Origin: Lobosporangium transversale
Lineage: Eukaryota
Assembly: GCF_002105155.1 (NCBI RefSeq)
Contig: NW_019029009.1
Location: forward strand, 62,001-126,000
Direction of reading: 5' to 3'
DNA: 64,000 nt
Shown here: positions 1 through 13,052 of the stretch, piece after piece
Layout of the letters: every line of letters begins with the position of its first letter
How positions within the stretch are numbered: the first letter of the stretch is position 1
Notes under the pieces: generated by a model
The model's input: only the letters and a program-made list of their open reading frames with translations
The model's database searches: none
Told to the model about the DNA's origin: nothing
Made by a program: the position numbers and the translations under genes

Positions 1-34
1 TTTTTTTATTTTTATTTTTTATTCCGACCTCCAG

Positions 35-226
35 CATGCTCATTTCTATTATCCAGTGGTGAACCGTGCAATTGTAGAGTTGCATCTGATGGAGCCGCAA
101 ACTCCTCAGGCATTGTTTTTGTTGAACATTGTTTTTATGACGGCTTGTAAGCATCTGGCAAGGACAAGCGACATCAAGCGCGCCATTCAGTTTAGAGAAC
201 GAGCAAGAGGTAAATACAATGTCAAG

Positions 227-257
<31 letters not shown>

Positions 258-2820
258 TTCAATCCTCAATCGACGCGACCGTAGGACAAACTCTAAAGTA
301 TTCTACTATTTTTGTCGCCCGTCAAATACACGGCCAATTTAGAGCTGCAATTCTATATTGACGCCAAGGTCCGTCTAAGTAGGATGCAGGGCCTTCTCCT
401 CGGCTCTTTAGTTATTTATGGTGTATTCAAAGCAGTCGTAGGTCTAGTACAAGTCTGTGGTGCCTACCATACACTAACCACCAGACATGCTGGCACACCA
501 GGAGAAGAGGACCAACAGCAGGAAGAAAGTGAGAGATTTCAGCCGTTCCCTCAAGCATCTGTATCACCAAAAAATATCATCCCAAATCTTCAGGCAGAGA
601 GTCAAGCTATCCAGTCTAACAAGGGTATCATTCCTGAGGCCGCATATCAAGCAAGGCTCTGGGCATTTTGGGGCCTCTATGTGCGTGATTCGATTTCTAG
701 GCTCTACTTCGGATGGCCACATGGAATCGACTCGATGGCCATCACGGCTGAGCTACCGAAGATTGAGGGCTGCATTGGGTTTGGTGGAAAGCCAAAACCA
801 AGCCATCACCAGCAGCAGCAACAACAACAACAACAACAACAGCAGCAGCATCAACAGCATGTCATCGGAAAGCGAAGGGATTTATCTTACAGACGAGACT
901 GGAAACAGCCACCGGAGAAGAGACACAATGCAGCAAACCCGCCACCAGGTTATCGTAACACAGCACCTGATAGCGATGAAGAAGACGATGAAGATAATGA
1001 AGAGGATGCTCAAGGAAGCCATTGGGACAATAAGAGAGGTACTTTCGGATACATTCTTGATGACACCGACGATGATCCGGTTGACCAAAATCGAGAGCAG
1101 AGTGCGCGGGTTCCGTTACTGTCTGGAGTGGGTGGGCCTAGAAGCGTTGCCAGTGGATATAGTCTTCCAGGCAGAATCCGAGAAAGTATCGGCGGACCTC
1201 ATCAACAGTTCCAAGTACTCTCACCCAAAATTTTAGAGCAGCAGTGCCAGCGTGGTGGTCATCTTAACCATTTACGTTATCCTGCTGGCAACACAGGATC
1301 CACATCATCATTAGTCGCTCCGGAGGAGCAAGAGCTCAGCATTCACATGGAACGTATGCAAAAACTGTTAGATGCAGAAGAAGATACCACGGACGGTGGC
1401 TCATACGCTCGCTTACTATTTTTGGAAGAGATTCGACTATGGACATTAGGCCGCCGTGTCGCATACTACCTCGCGGGTCGCGTAAATCTCATAGGCGTCC
1501 CAGCATCAGGTTCAGCATGCCAGACACCTATAGCTACGAATAGCTCCACAACTTCTTCACCTCGATACGAAGCAGATGCGGAGGCAACAGCAGCGACACC
1601 AACCCCTGTAGGTAATGGAGACGAGAGTAACAATAATCTGGGAGTTCAAAGTCAATGGTCTGAACAAGCATGGCGTAAGGATGGAGAACTACAGAGTTTA
1701 CAGGCAGACTTGATTGCCTGGGAGAAGGCGTTGCCGGATTATATGAGATTCCGGCAAGACGTAGATAGTGAGGACGTTAACCACAAGGTGAATGGCAAGA
1801 TGGGTAAGTTGTCCAAAGGATGAAGAGAGGGCAAAAGCAAAAAGCAAAAAGCAGAAAGAAATACCTGAATGTTCAAGAGATTAAGTATCTCCTTGCATTA
1901 TCTTTTTCTATCTAGGCACCATGATCATGTCCTATTATACTATTACCATTATGTTACAATCATCGTATCTGCCTATTCAACAATACATTTCATCTCGCAG
2001 CAATACTTCATCTCATGCATCGCCCGTCAAGGCCAGCACATCAAGAGATGGTAGTGGTAATAGTAGCACCAATGTCAAGAGCCATAGCCCACAGCCTGCA
2101 ACCGAAGAACCTATAACTGCATCGTCATCGCCGTCTTTTTCTGCAGCTGGACCGTTTATCTCATTTGGTACACAACCAAACCCATCAACACAACGTCAGT
2201 GCACTCACGATCCAGAGTTTTTTAATACAGCCCATCAAATCTGCACGCAACTCTCGAATGTACTCCTTCACCATTTGGAGTTGATGTTGGATTCATATCC
2301 AAACTGGTGTTCAATTCAAGCCAAGGTCAATCATGCGATCACGGCCGCCTTGCGTGTCTCGTGTTTGAATGCAAAGCTGAATAGCAACTCTAGTCCGGCA
2401 CGAGAAGAGGCCAAGGCTGGGTTCAAAATGGGGTCTGATCTATTCAAGCGACTGGCATTATTACCATATCCACTCACAATTCGCGATTGGCCTGTGGAAG
2501 AAGATGTACAGATGATGAAGCAGATCGAAGAGGAGTTTAAAGAGATGATGATGACTCAGGAAGAGCAACAAGCTATTCTCCCTTCTTCTTCACTCTCACA
2601 CACTTTAAGAGAAAGTGGCAGTATTAGGAGCAGCAATACCTCTTCTGGAGGCAGCGGGACCACAGGAACACACGTACCATTAGAGGTAGAGAGTTATTCT
2701 AGCGCCCCTGCAGAGGGCGAGACACTTGTGCAAAGTCAAAAACGAGGGTTAATTGCACGACAACATATCTTTGGCGCAGAAGGGGAAGCGAAGTATCGGT
2801 TTGAATTCATTCAGACATGA
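35..2820 (+). CDS. Fungal-specific transcription factor (Fungal_trans middle domain, probably Zn2Cys6 family); 5' end lies outside the window
   Basis: Exons ~35-210, 343-1803 and ~1916-2820 joined by GT-AG introns. Motifs HFYYPVVNR...LFLLNIVFMTACK and RLWAFWGLYVRDSISRLYFGWPHGID match the Fungal_trans pattern. LIAWEKALPDYMRF and polyQ/acidic inserts are present. The Zn cluster itself is not in the window. Confidence 0.75.
809..856 (+). repeat. CAG/CAA trinucleotide repeat encoding polyQ
   Basis: cagcagcagcaacaacaacaacaacaacaacagcagcagcatcaacag inside the transcription factor ORF. Confidence 0.9.
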
Positions 2821-3061
2821 AGAAGCTGTAAATATCTACATATAAATAAATGCATTTCTATTTACTAGTACCACTTTTTTTTTTTTTTTTTTTTTTACTT
2901 CATATAAAGTAAAGAAAACTTAAAATACACTTCGCACATGAACGAATGAGAAAGAAAGAGAGAAAAGGGAGGAGGAGACGTGCCCAATCTGGTGGATTTT
3001 TTTATTAAAAAATAAAACACAGGCTGAACATGATCGCAATAATGTATTTTTTTTATGGCAT

Positions 3062-3979
3062 TTAGAAGGTAAGAGCCTGGCCTAAAAGAATGAAGGAAAA
3101 AAAAAAAAGTAGTTAGAAGACAAGAACTATTATTAAAATATTAACCTTTTTTTTTTTTGTAAGTATTAGTTTTACCCTTCTGCTTCTTGTCACCACCGAG
3201 CTCGAAGTGCTTGCAGCGCTTCAAAGCGATCTGGTGCTTGTACTTGCAGACCTGGCACTCAAGACGAAGGACAACCTTCTTGGTGGTCTTGGCCTTCTTG
3301 TGGAAGACGGGCTTGGTCTGACCACCATAACCAGACTGCTTTCTATCGTAACGACGCTTTCCTGTTTAAAGAGGGGAAAAAAAAAAAGAAAAGAAAAAGA
3401 CCATAGAAGACATGGGGGTTTCAGCTGCCTGTTTTTTTTTTGTTGCGACTTCGCATTTCGTTATATCCTCTTTTTTCTTTGAGTTGTTATTGCTGCTTAT
3501 TTCTATTGTTCTTATTCCAAAAAAAAAAAAAAAAAAAAAAAAAAAAGACGTTACCCTGAGCGAAGAGAGAAGCCTTGCCGGTCTTGTACTGAGAGACCTT
3601 GTGGGCAGTGTGCTTCTTGCAGGTCTTGCCCTTGCAGTAGGTGTTTCTGGTCTTAGGAACGTTAACCTGAAAAGTATCAAGATTCGACCAAAAGTACCAT
3701 GATATGATAAAAAAAAAAAAAAAAGGGAGGAGGTCGTAGGAAATGTTTAGTGATGGCTGAGGAAGAGAAGTAATAATGAAATCCCGACTTTTCCTGTTAA
3801 GATCATCCATCTGTACATCATGTCAAAATCGTTTACAAAAGCTGATTGAAGTAGATTTCTTGTCGTCTAAAATCGCTCAATCATAAACCTTGCATGTATC
3901 CTTCAAAGGTTGTAATGTCCATGCCTTGCAAAAGTTGGCGATGTAGAGGTTTTTAATGTTCATTGGTTAATGTTTTTAC

Positions 3980-4013
<34 letters not shown>

Positions 4014-4413
4014 CTTTTTCCTATCCTCCTTGATGCTGTAAAATAAGTGTTGGACTCATAGTCTTTGTTCAACAAGAGTAAAGAAGCTGGAACGTTGTAT
4101 CCTGTAACGCTTTTGTCCTTAACACATCATTTCGAAATAGCTCTGAAAAAGAGTCAGATGATTATGCTTCATTCACTGTTTGCAAAAAGTTTAGGTTGGT
4201 TCATGTTTGCAGTTGGTGACAATGAACAGAGGTTCCGCCTGTTGCCAATAAGCAAAGTCATCGATGTAAGAAATGTCCTTTGCAGCTTCCTTCTTTTTTT
4301 ATCATGATATATGGTAGTTGCTGATGGATGCATTAATAAATTGATGGATTGCCTTGACCTCTCCTGTTCACCATTGGATGAATGCAATCCTATTTTTCAC
4401 TACACAATACCAT
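3062..4413 (-). CDS. RPL42: 60S ribosomal protein eL42 (L42/L44/L36a)
   Basis: ATG-only first coding exon at 4413-4411 (ccaaaATG|gtattg) and a 744-nt intron. Then [38 protein letters not shown] / [41 protein letters not shown]...[10 protein letters not shown] / GQALTF*, stop at 3064-3062. The exon-1 position is inferred from splice context. Confidence 0.95.
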
Positions 4414-4633
4414 TTTGGCTGATTTTGTTGAAAGAGGCTTGACTCAGAGGGGGAACTTGTGCTCAATATGAATTCTTGCCATAGACCCGTATCCAAAGCC
4501 GCCGACGTTGTGACGGCGAATCTTTTTTTTCTCAGTCTAGGTACAAACATCGACTTTTAATCTCTGCAGCTCCACTTCCACTTCCTCTCTCCCTACCCAA
4601 AGTAACGCAAAAAGCAATACCAATAAAATTTAA

Positions 4634-4665
<32 letters not shown>

Positions 4666-6833
4666 GGAGAGGCCTTTATACACATCTGAGAGAAGATGAA
4701 GGAGAAAGAAAGTGGAGGTGAAGAGATAAAAAGATTAAGGCACGAGAACTAGCAGAATCACTATGGGACGATCCTAAAAAAAAAAACTAAGAACTCCTGC
4801 CAATAAGCAATGTTTATACCTGCCATATCAAATTGACATTAATACGTACCACATAAAAATGAATGGAAATAAACCGTTCAATATACAATCGAAGAGTGCA
4901 ATGCTAGAAAGTAAGCACTCTCAGAGTGGCCAAAAGAGAAGCTTATTGACTTTGGTTTAAAATAACTATTAAAAGAATCCGTTTAAAATCTTGGAGTAAC
5001 GCCTGTATAAAGTATTTTACGCAGAGGAAAAAAAGCCATTTTGACACACAGTGGATTATTGTTTTAGTTGAAACGCGTCCAAGGTCAAAATCCTGATGAC
5101 AAAATGCATGATTCAGCGTTATCGTCGTTGAATGCAAATCATAGAGCCGACATTATAGATGGTAGATTTGTTATCATCAAAAAGATCCTGCCACAGGCGT
5201 TGTTGAAGTTGTTCTTGGATTCCAGATTGTTTACATTTAAGGAAGAGATATCGGACTAGCGAAGTACAATCGCCTCGTTAGAGAGTTAGCTGATGTGGCA
5301 CATGTAGGCCTCAATGACTTCAAGGGCGTACTCTTTGCAAACATATATATCAATAAATGAGGCTTCTATCTCCATTGGTCGTCTATCTTCAATATCCATC
5401 TTATCAAAGGGCATCGCCCCGAAGGCGCAGTTGAGATGATTGAGGTATATATCTAGATGCGTGCGTGCAATTATGAATCATACCTCTTGTCACATCTCGA
5501 ACCAGTCGTGCCATACATCTACCAGGTCATAAAAATAAGTATATACCATCTGATTCTTCTTCTTCCTTTCATTCAAAGAGAACAGTTTATATAGTTTTTT
5601 AAAGTGTCATGCCGCTGTTAACATACACGTTCAAGAAACCTGATATTTGATGTTGGTGTACCATTGAAACCCTGTTCAATAGATCACATTTATGATAGGG
5701 TACTCATTGCTCTCCAATCCCAATCTTCATTGTCAATCCGGTCAAGGATCCATTCCACTATAGTTCAATATGTCCTGAGTAGGGTTTGGGACGGTATCCC
5801 AAACCCTATCTATATGCTTCATTAACTATGGTACGATGTTGCAGGCTTAGAGGCTTAAGTAAAGGCACAGCTGGTTTGTCGTAGCTGAGTACGCCACTCA
5901 TTAATAGGCTAGAAAACCTAGGATATGCTATAGCTTTGACAACACAAAGCCATTGACGATAATGCTTTATCCAAAAGTAGACAATGACCACTGAGAGCAT
6001 ACCTTGAAGCAGTGTTTGAACCTCTCTAATAGTCTGCCAAACAAAGAATCGAAGTGTAGCAGACATATTGGATCAAAAAGCAGTACACAGTACCTATGCG
6101 TCTATGCTCTCCATCATACATATGTAGGGGCGGAGGCACCCTAGCTCCCACACATGCGAACTATGTAGAAAACCTCATCCTACAGTTGTACCTTCCAGTC
6201 TGAGATCAACTCGGATGGAATACAACTGCAAATGATAATTACATCTCTTCCTTTTCCTCCTCCTCTTCCGCCACTATCCTCTGTTGCAATCTAAGGTGGA
6301 AACTCCTGAGTTTGTAGTTGAATAATTCGAGTGCTGATAATAGCAATATTACATTGTTAATCTCATGTTTTAAATATACCATGGAGGCCGAGGTTACCAT
6401 TGTTGCGCAAGTAAATGACCTTCAAACTTTGCTGCACTCTTCTTCGGGATCACAATGGCTTTATAATACAGCCTTATAGTGGCTATACACATTAACGAAA
6501 CAATCAGAGTCGCTTCCACCTTTGTCTAAATTGAGCCATAAATAAATGATTCGACCTTTTTTGTTACGTTTCTGTCGCGCGGTCAAAGTTTGTCATACAA
6601 AAGAGGTTAATGACAAAATAAAGTTAAACGAAAACATCGTATCTTTGGATCTGAATCATAGCTCCACTATTTAGGATGATGACGAGTCTACGTATGCACA
6701 CGAGTTTCGTCCTCAGGATAATGACGAGCCTAGCCTATCCAACCAGGGGAGAAAAATATCGTGTTTTAGGTCAAAATATATAGGAGCGGTGCTTCATATC
6801 ACACAAGCACGCTCTTTTGGTATGGTTTTTATT

Positions 6834-9509
6834 CTAAGTAATCAAAACTCCAGAACTATTGGGTGATCTATCAAGCACATTAAGATTAACGCCATATCGA
6901 GTCAACTTGCGGTCCAACGTGGCTAATAGTGTAGACAACAAAGAGAGCGAATATAGGCTGCTTAGTGTACTGATGATTCTTTGATTAATGTATAAAAAAG
7001 TAAAAAGGTATATTATCACTTACGCGTGAATCTGGCGATTTCTGCCATCACTGCTGCTAGCCGACTTTGTGACAAGTCGCTTGTCCGCTTCTCCATCTGC
7101 AAAAATACACAGGTAGCCTCGGCGAGCCCCCGCATGCCTAAAAGTAGTTCCAGATGGTTTCCTGTCGTTCCGCGCAATATATAAAGAAGGAAAAATAGAA
7201 AGAAAATAGCATAGGCATTAGATGTGTATCTTGAAGCGAAATAGAGCCGGCTAAATGATGCCTTGATGTAATGCTGCACATAGTAGGTAGCATAGCTAGA
7301 CATACTGGATCCCCAAATTATCACGAGAATATCCATGATATACTCTTTGGCTGGCAAAATCTCACTTGCAGCTTTAAGTGGTTTCCTCGAAACAGATGAG
7401 AGTCCGATGTTGATGACTTGTCCAAATGCGCCAGTCTCTATAAACTGCTGTCGCCATTGGGAGTGTAGAACAAATTCGTGAGCGATACTGAGTGCCCAGT
7501 ACTTGACATCGTCGTCCTTGGACGCTAGACATTTTCCTAGTCTGAAGCCGATCCCTGCATTCAAAGCTTGAAGCTGAAACGCATCTTGAGAAATATAAAA
7601 AAAGAGTTTTTTTTGTCAGCATCTTTCTGTTTGTTTTTTCTTTTCTTTTCTTTTTTTTCCTAATTATCTTTTATTACACTCTTATACGCATATTCCGCGT
7701 ACCATCCTGTAGCATCATGAACTTGAGAGTCCGTAGCACAATCCTAGAGATATATGCCTCGTCTGCAGCTAGCAACGCATTAATGGATCTACATATGCCT
7801 CGCATCTCCTTGAACTCATCTAGTGCTACCCCTGGACATGATGGTAAGGAACAAAATTTAGTATCCGATTAATAAAATAGCAAAAGTAAAAGCTTTAAAT
7901 CGACTATATATAGTACCTTTGATAGCAAATTCATACATAAGCGCCAAAGCCCAGTATACTAATTCAAAATCATCTATTATCCAAGTAGACAAGGTCAATT
8001 AAAAGCATCAAGAAAAATATAGATAGAGGACTAAAAATAAGTCTCTTATACTTGCGATCCTTACCACTACGGATGTAGTTGGCGATCAGAGGTACGATAT
8101 CATATTCCAACAGATCTGAAAGATACCACCGAACTACAGATTCATATTCAATGGTCACTATCAATCGGACCAGCGATTGAAGACAGATCTTGGGCATATT
8201 CGCATTTCCGAATGATAACCGCGACATCTCTGCTAATATCCTGATCATTCCAGCATTAATCAACTGGGGATGTAGCGCATCTACAAAGAAAAAAAAAAGA
8301 AAAAAAAAAAAAAAGGAAATAACAAAATAAATATATATAATTAATAAAAAATAAAAAAATAAAAAATAAAAAATAAAAAAAAGGTATTACCGCTTGCCGC
8401 TAGTTGATGAACAACCATGAGTGACCAGTATTGAAGTTCGTTAGCTGGTTCAACCTTGATCAAGAACCGTGATAGAGGCTCTAAAATCCCATACTGCACG
8501 ACTTGTTTCCGCCGATCCTCTAAGTATTCATAGTTTAAAGAAGGTTAAGATAAAATCGAAGTGTTTTACTTTTTCTTGTTTCCATTAAAAAATAAAAGGG
8601 AGAACAGCGCTTACCTGATCCCGAAATCAATTCGCATATTGATACTGCAGCGTAGCGGTGTGATTTCTCTCTATTCTTGGGATCCTTTAATGAATTGACC
8701 AGAATCAAAAGTGCTCCAGCATCAACTAGAGTTTGACGATTGCTTTCTAAAAGGTTGCTTTCGGTCAATTAAAGTAATACAAGGAAAATTGATCGTAGGG
8801 CTACTGAAGAAAAAAAAAGAGAAGAAAGCTTGGTAGTACTTGAAAGGGAAAGTGAAGCTTTCATGCTTACCATTTCTTGTTAGTAATTGAAGAGTTGTAA
8901 TAGCCTTCCATCGCTCTTCTTCAATATCGGATTCTGCAACGGTATCAAGGATAAACCGTAGATTTGGCTCTAGTTGATGGAAGCATATACCGTATACCAA
9001 AATACCTTCAATTTGGATTGTCTTTTATTTTGGTTCAGTCAATTTATAAAATGCATCGTTATATCGACTACTATCATACCACGCATTGCTCGGCTAAGAA
9101 GGATGCGGACAGAACTATTGAAGCAGTAAACGCATAAACATCTACACCCAGAACACTTAAATGGCAATACAATATAAGAGAGACATCTTTATCACTTCAT
9201 ACCTCCCCTGTAGCACAATGCTGTCTGACCGTGCAAGTTTTGCCAACGATTCCATTTTGATTTCTATCCATATTTAATGTTTTAATTATTTTTATTATTG
9301 CCTTGTCTATCAGCAATTTTAGAGATTGCAGTCAAATTTCTTTTTTACATACTATCCTCAACCATGCCAAGGATATTGCGGGGTTTGGGTGCTTCGCTTT
9401 CAAAGAGAGCAGAGGCATGACGCAGGACAGAATATACCATGAATACTAGCGATACTCCCGCGGCAAAGTAAACCATCCTGTCGCCATTCAAATTAGAATT
9501 AGACGCCAT
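6834..9509 (-). CDS. Armadillo-repeat protein with N-terminal hydrophobic segment (multi-exon; 3' end uncertain)
   Basis: ATG at 9509 (MASNSNLNGDRMVYFAAGVSLVFMVYSVL). In-frame GT-AG spliced exons carry ARM-type repeats: NRQTLVDAGALLILVNSLK, LINAGMIRILAEMS, WRQQFIETGAFGQVINI, KYWALSIAHEF. The last acceptor and stop are ambiguous (~6830-6960). Confidence 0.7.
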
Positions 9510-9808
9510 GTGTGTGAGAAAAGAAGAACATGAAAAGAAAGACAAATGTAATAATGGCCATCATAGATAGACCTTGTGCTCCCATGTAATAAGACCCTGT
9601 GTTCATCATGCCTGCCCTTTCGAAGCAATGTGGCTTTGCATTGTGAAAAAAGAAAAAGCTTCAGCATCACACCGTTCCTCCTTGTATAGAGCGACGGCAT
9701 TGCAGGAAACCACACGGATTTTCCTCTGGATTGTACAGTCTATTCTCATTCATTTCGCGATTCCATATTGGATACAAGCCCATTGTTGTGGGATAGTAGT
9801 TCGATATC

Positions 9809-12473
9809 ATGTTGTCTTCAATAGAGATCTCACGGAAGAGGCGCGATCAACGGCCACTGCACTCTCTCACCTATAGGCTCGCTGCGCGTAGAGTTCTTCA
9901 TGAGCGAAGTATTGCGAATCTTTTGCTCGTCCTTGGATTCTCTTATGTCGCAGCCTTGTCTTCACAGTATGTGCATTTAGGACTCTTTGGTAAAGGATTT
10001 TTAACTACAATTGATGATTTCGCTACTTTCTACCTTAAAAAAGAGGACACACGTATAGTCTGCAACTTACTGATCGTACGTTTTTGACGGAATAATCAAT
10101 GATGATAGGGCTATATAAGGGGCTGTTTTCTCTATACACGCTCGCCTTGACGGGTACATTTTTTTTCTTTGGAGCAGCTCTGGTTGGAGTCAGGAATGCA
10201 CGAGTACAAGGCAGGTCTATGATTTAAACAACAAAAACTTGGAGTCATCCTCACGAGATCGACATCGATAGCAACCATACAATTGACGGCACTTCAAAAA
10301 AAAAAAAAAAAAAAAAAAAAAGTGCCCAGAGAACAAGGCTAATTAACATTGGACTAACAATACGACTTGAACTATGGAATCTTTTTTTTTTTTTTTTTTT
10401 TTTTTTTTTCCAAACGTTCACAGTAAATCCCAGGATGTCCCCTACATATTTCCACGACTTGATGTCAATAGCTTGCGATCCCTCCTCATGGGTATTAATA
10501 TGCTTTTATGCGATCATGGCAAGTGCTCTTCACGCCTTGATCTTGGTGCCATCTAGTACAGGATTAACAAATTACCGCGAGCTTATTGTGTACATCAGGT
10601 ATGAATTTTCCCAGCTTATTCATAGACGCTTCTGAAATTTATGGGCTGATCCCCTAATGTTAGTATTAATATATGACACATTTATTGTCATTGTTGTAGC
10701 GAAAAGGGTATCTTACAAGTCAATGAACGATACATTTTGACACGAACATTTTCTCTCGTCATTGGAATCGCTTATGGAATGAACCATCTGCTGTACCAAC
10801 GTGATTGGCTTTCTTTCACCGACGTTCAGCTGAGCGCTGTTGATCATATTTTCAACAACTACAGGAAAGGTGTTATTAAAAAGTCTGCACGATTCGCATA
10901 CCGTCTTACACTCATCTTTTGGTTCAGTTACAACATACTTTTAAGTCGATTTTTGGTGAACATGGCTATGCGATTAGCTGCCGAAGATATCCTTTACCAT
11001 GCTCCACAATACGGTCCCCGCTGGTATAGTATCGGTTTAGCATTGCGCCTTTTCTTCACAGCTTTCTCTATTGCAGCATTCATGGAATCTGTACATCTTT
11101 TGTGTGATCAGTTCTTGTCAAAGGTATTTATAATAATAATAATAATAATAATAATGATAATAATAAAAGTTACTATTAGGTTGATTAAAATAATCCAGGC
11201 GTCTCAAAGTATTGCCTCTGACATGAATATGGCGAACTCACTTATCATTAATTATAGAAAATGAATGTCACCGCAAGGTCCGTGGATCCAAATGCATGCA
11301 TGGCATCAGGGCTGAAAGTAGACGGGTCCAATACGACACCGGAATCGTTGCTAACTTACCATGCCTTCCAGGAGTTGACATATTTAGCAGGACATGTGCC
11401 TGGTCGCAGAGTAGATATTTTCAAAGAAGCAACGTGCGTACCATCGAGCTGGAAACAAATTTCAGGGCACTGTATAGAACTTTTGAACAAGGCAGCCAAT
11501 CGCATTGACGCAGCCTCTAAAGTCCCAACTTTCGCTGCAGCTGTTACACCAACAGACGATTCACATGCTCGACTCAACACAACTGTGCGACGGAGACTTC
11601 CACCAGAACAAGGAGGGGCATTCGAGGCTGATATTTTCCGACCTGGCAAACGTCAGAATTTCTTTGATAGTCTCAAGGGTCCTAGTACGGAAGAAATTCT
11701 GGCACAGACAAGGATCGAGGCAGACAAATCACTGGCAGATCCAAAGTCGGGTAAAAGGCCTTACTTGGGAGGATCGAGAGATCGTCTAGAGCTGGTGGCT
11801 TTCCGTTGGGTCAGTAAAAATCTCCGTGAGTTAGTGTTCAAGTATCCAGAGCTGCAGAAGCAACTCAGCAACATCCCTAATCCAGCTATTTTCCATGCGA
11901 CTGAGGACTTTCAATTGACCGTTTGGTCTTTTCAGAGTAAAAACTTTGTATCCTTTAGTCTTTCTTTTAATGATGGGAAAACGGGGCATACTCGTATGAG
12001 AGACCAACAATGCGACGCTCTTTTGTTAATTTTTTTATAGGCTTGGCCAGGTTAGTAGTGGCTTCATATCACGAAGATCAGTATGGTGTTGTTCAGAAGG
12101 ATATTCCCAAGATTCTAGAGAGCATGCTCGGTTTGCTCATGTCCCTGGAATATTTCCTTACATATGAAGGTCGACTTGAGCGATTTGTAACTACACCATA
12201 TTCTGCCCATGTTAATGCTCAAACTGTTGTCAATAGCCGCTCTCTGGCACTTGTTCAAGGTATAGTTCTTTTTTCTTTCTTTTCCTTTTTCTGTAATTGC
12301 AGGTTTTCCTTACTGAAGTGTTTATTGGATTTTCCCATGATAACATGCATCTATTAGCTCTCAAGACAGCGATTTACCAGATCGTCATTACATTTCGAGA
12401 GCAACTCGGAGAGTTTGTACTGGCAAATACATATGCAGACCGTCTGCGACACTTTGTAGAGTTTGACGACTAA
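9809..12473 (+). CDS. NDC1: Transmembrane nucleoporin Ndc1
   Basis: Multi-TM N-terminal half. C-terminal signature YHAFQELTYLA...RRVDIF and FQSLARLVVASYHEDQYGVVQKDIPKIL...LKTAIYQIVITF. Stop TAA at 12471-12473. About 7 exons. Confidence 0.88.
11128..11165. repeat. (ATA)n microsatellite in an NDC1 intron
   Basis: ataataataataataataataataatgataataataa. Confidence 0.85.
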
Positions 12474-13052
12474 GTCACTAATAGCTTGAATATGCTATCT
12501 GTTTTGTACTGTCCAGGAAAACAAAAAAAAAATAAAAAAATAAAAAAATAAAAAAAAAATATCGCTGTATGGTACACATGAAAAAATAAAAATAATTAAA
12601 GCACAATGCGCAATGTTGTTTGGCAATGTCTAGCATGAGTGGACTGATCGATGTCCAAAAGTGGCTGCAGGTGGCAATAATTTCTTCTCGATTAAATGAT
12701 GCTCTCAAGTTTTTTTAGAATTTTTGTAGTTTCTTGGCCCGTCTCTCTCTTCTTTTCCCTCTTTTCTTTCTTTTCTCCCTTTGCTTCTCTTTCATCCACA
12801 CCTCATCGATCTCTTCCACGACATATCCTCGCTGATTATATTGTCATACTTCTTGGCTGTTGTTATCATACTCAATTTCAGGAACAAGAATAAATCATTA
12901 AAAGCCTGAGGTTAATTATACTTCTTGAGTCGAGTGAGAAAAAGCAAGGAGAACTGTTCAGCATTACAGCACCGCATACCCATCTTCGCCACATTAATAT
13001 TATCAGTCTCTCACCCTATTCACATACACATAAAAAGACAGAGTAAGAAAGC

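Noticed and set aside
3667..3700. Nearer ATG|GT at 3700 as the RPL42 start
   Set aside because: It would need a 31-nt intron. The ATG at 4413 has better Kozak, donor and pyrimidine-leader context.
6673..6732. Imperfect 18-bp direct repeat with hammerhead-like CTGAGGA-CGAAAC...GTC on the minus strand
   Set aside because: There is no stem II between the core motifs and no convincing stem III. Two copies do not form an array.
11948..11956. GTATCCTTT, a U12-type donor consensus, in an NDC1 intron
   Set aside because: With the AG at 12040 it is out of frame and hits a stop. The GT at ~11937 gives the conserved FQSLARLVVAS.
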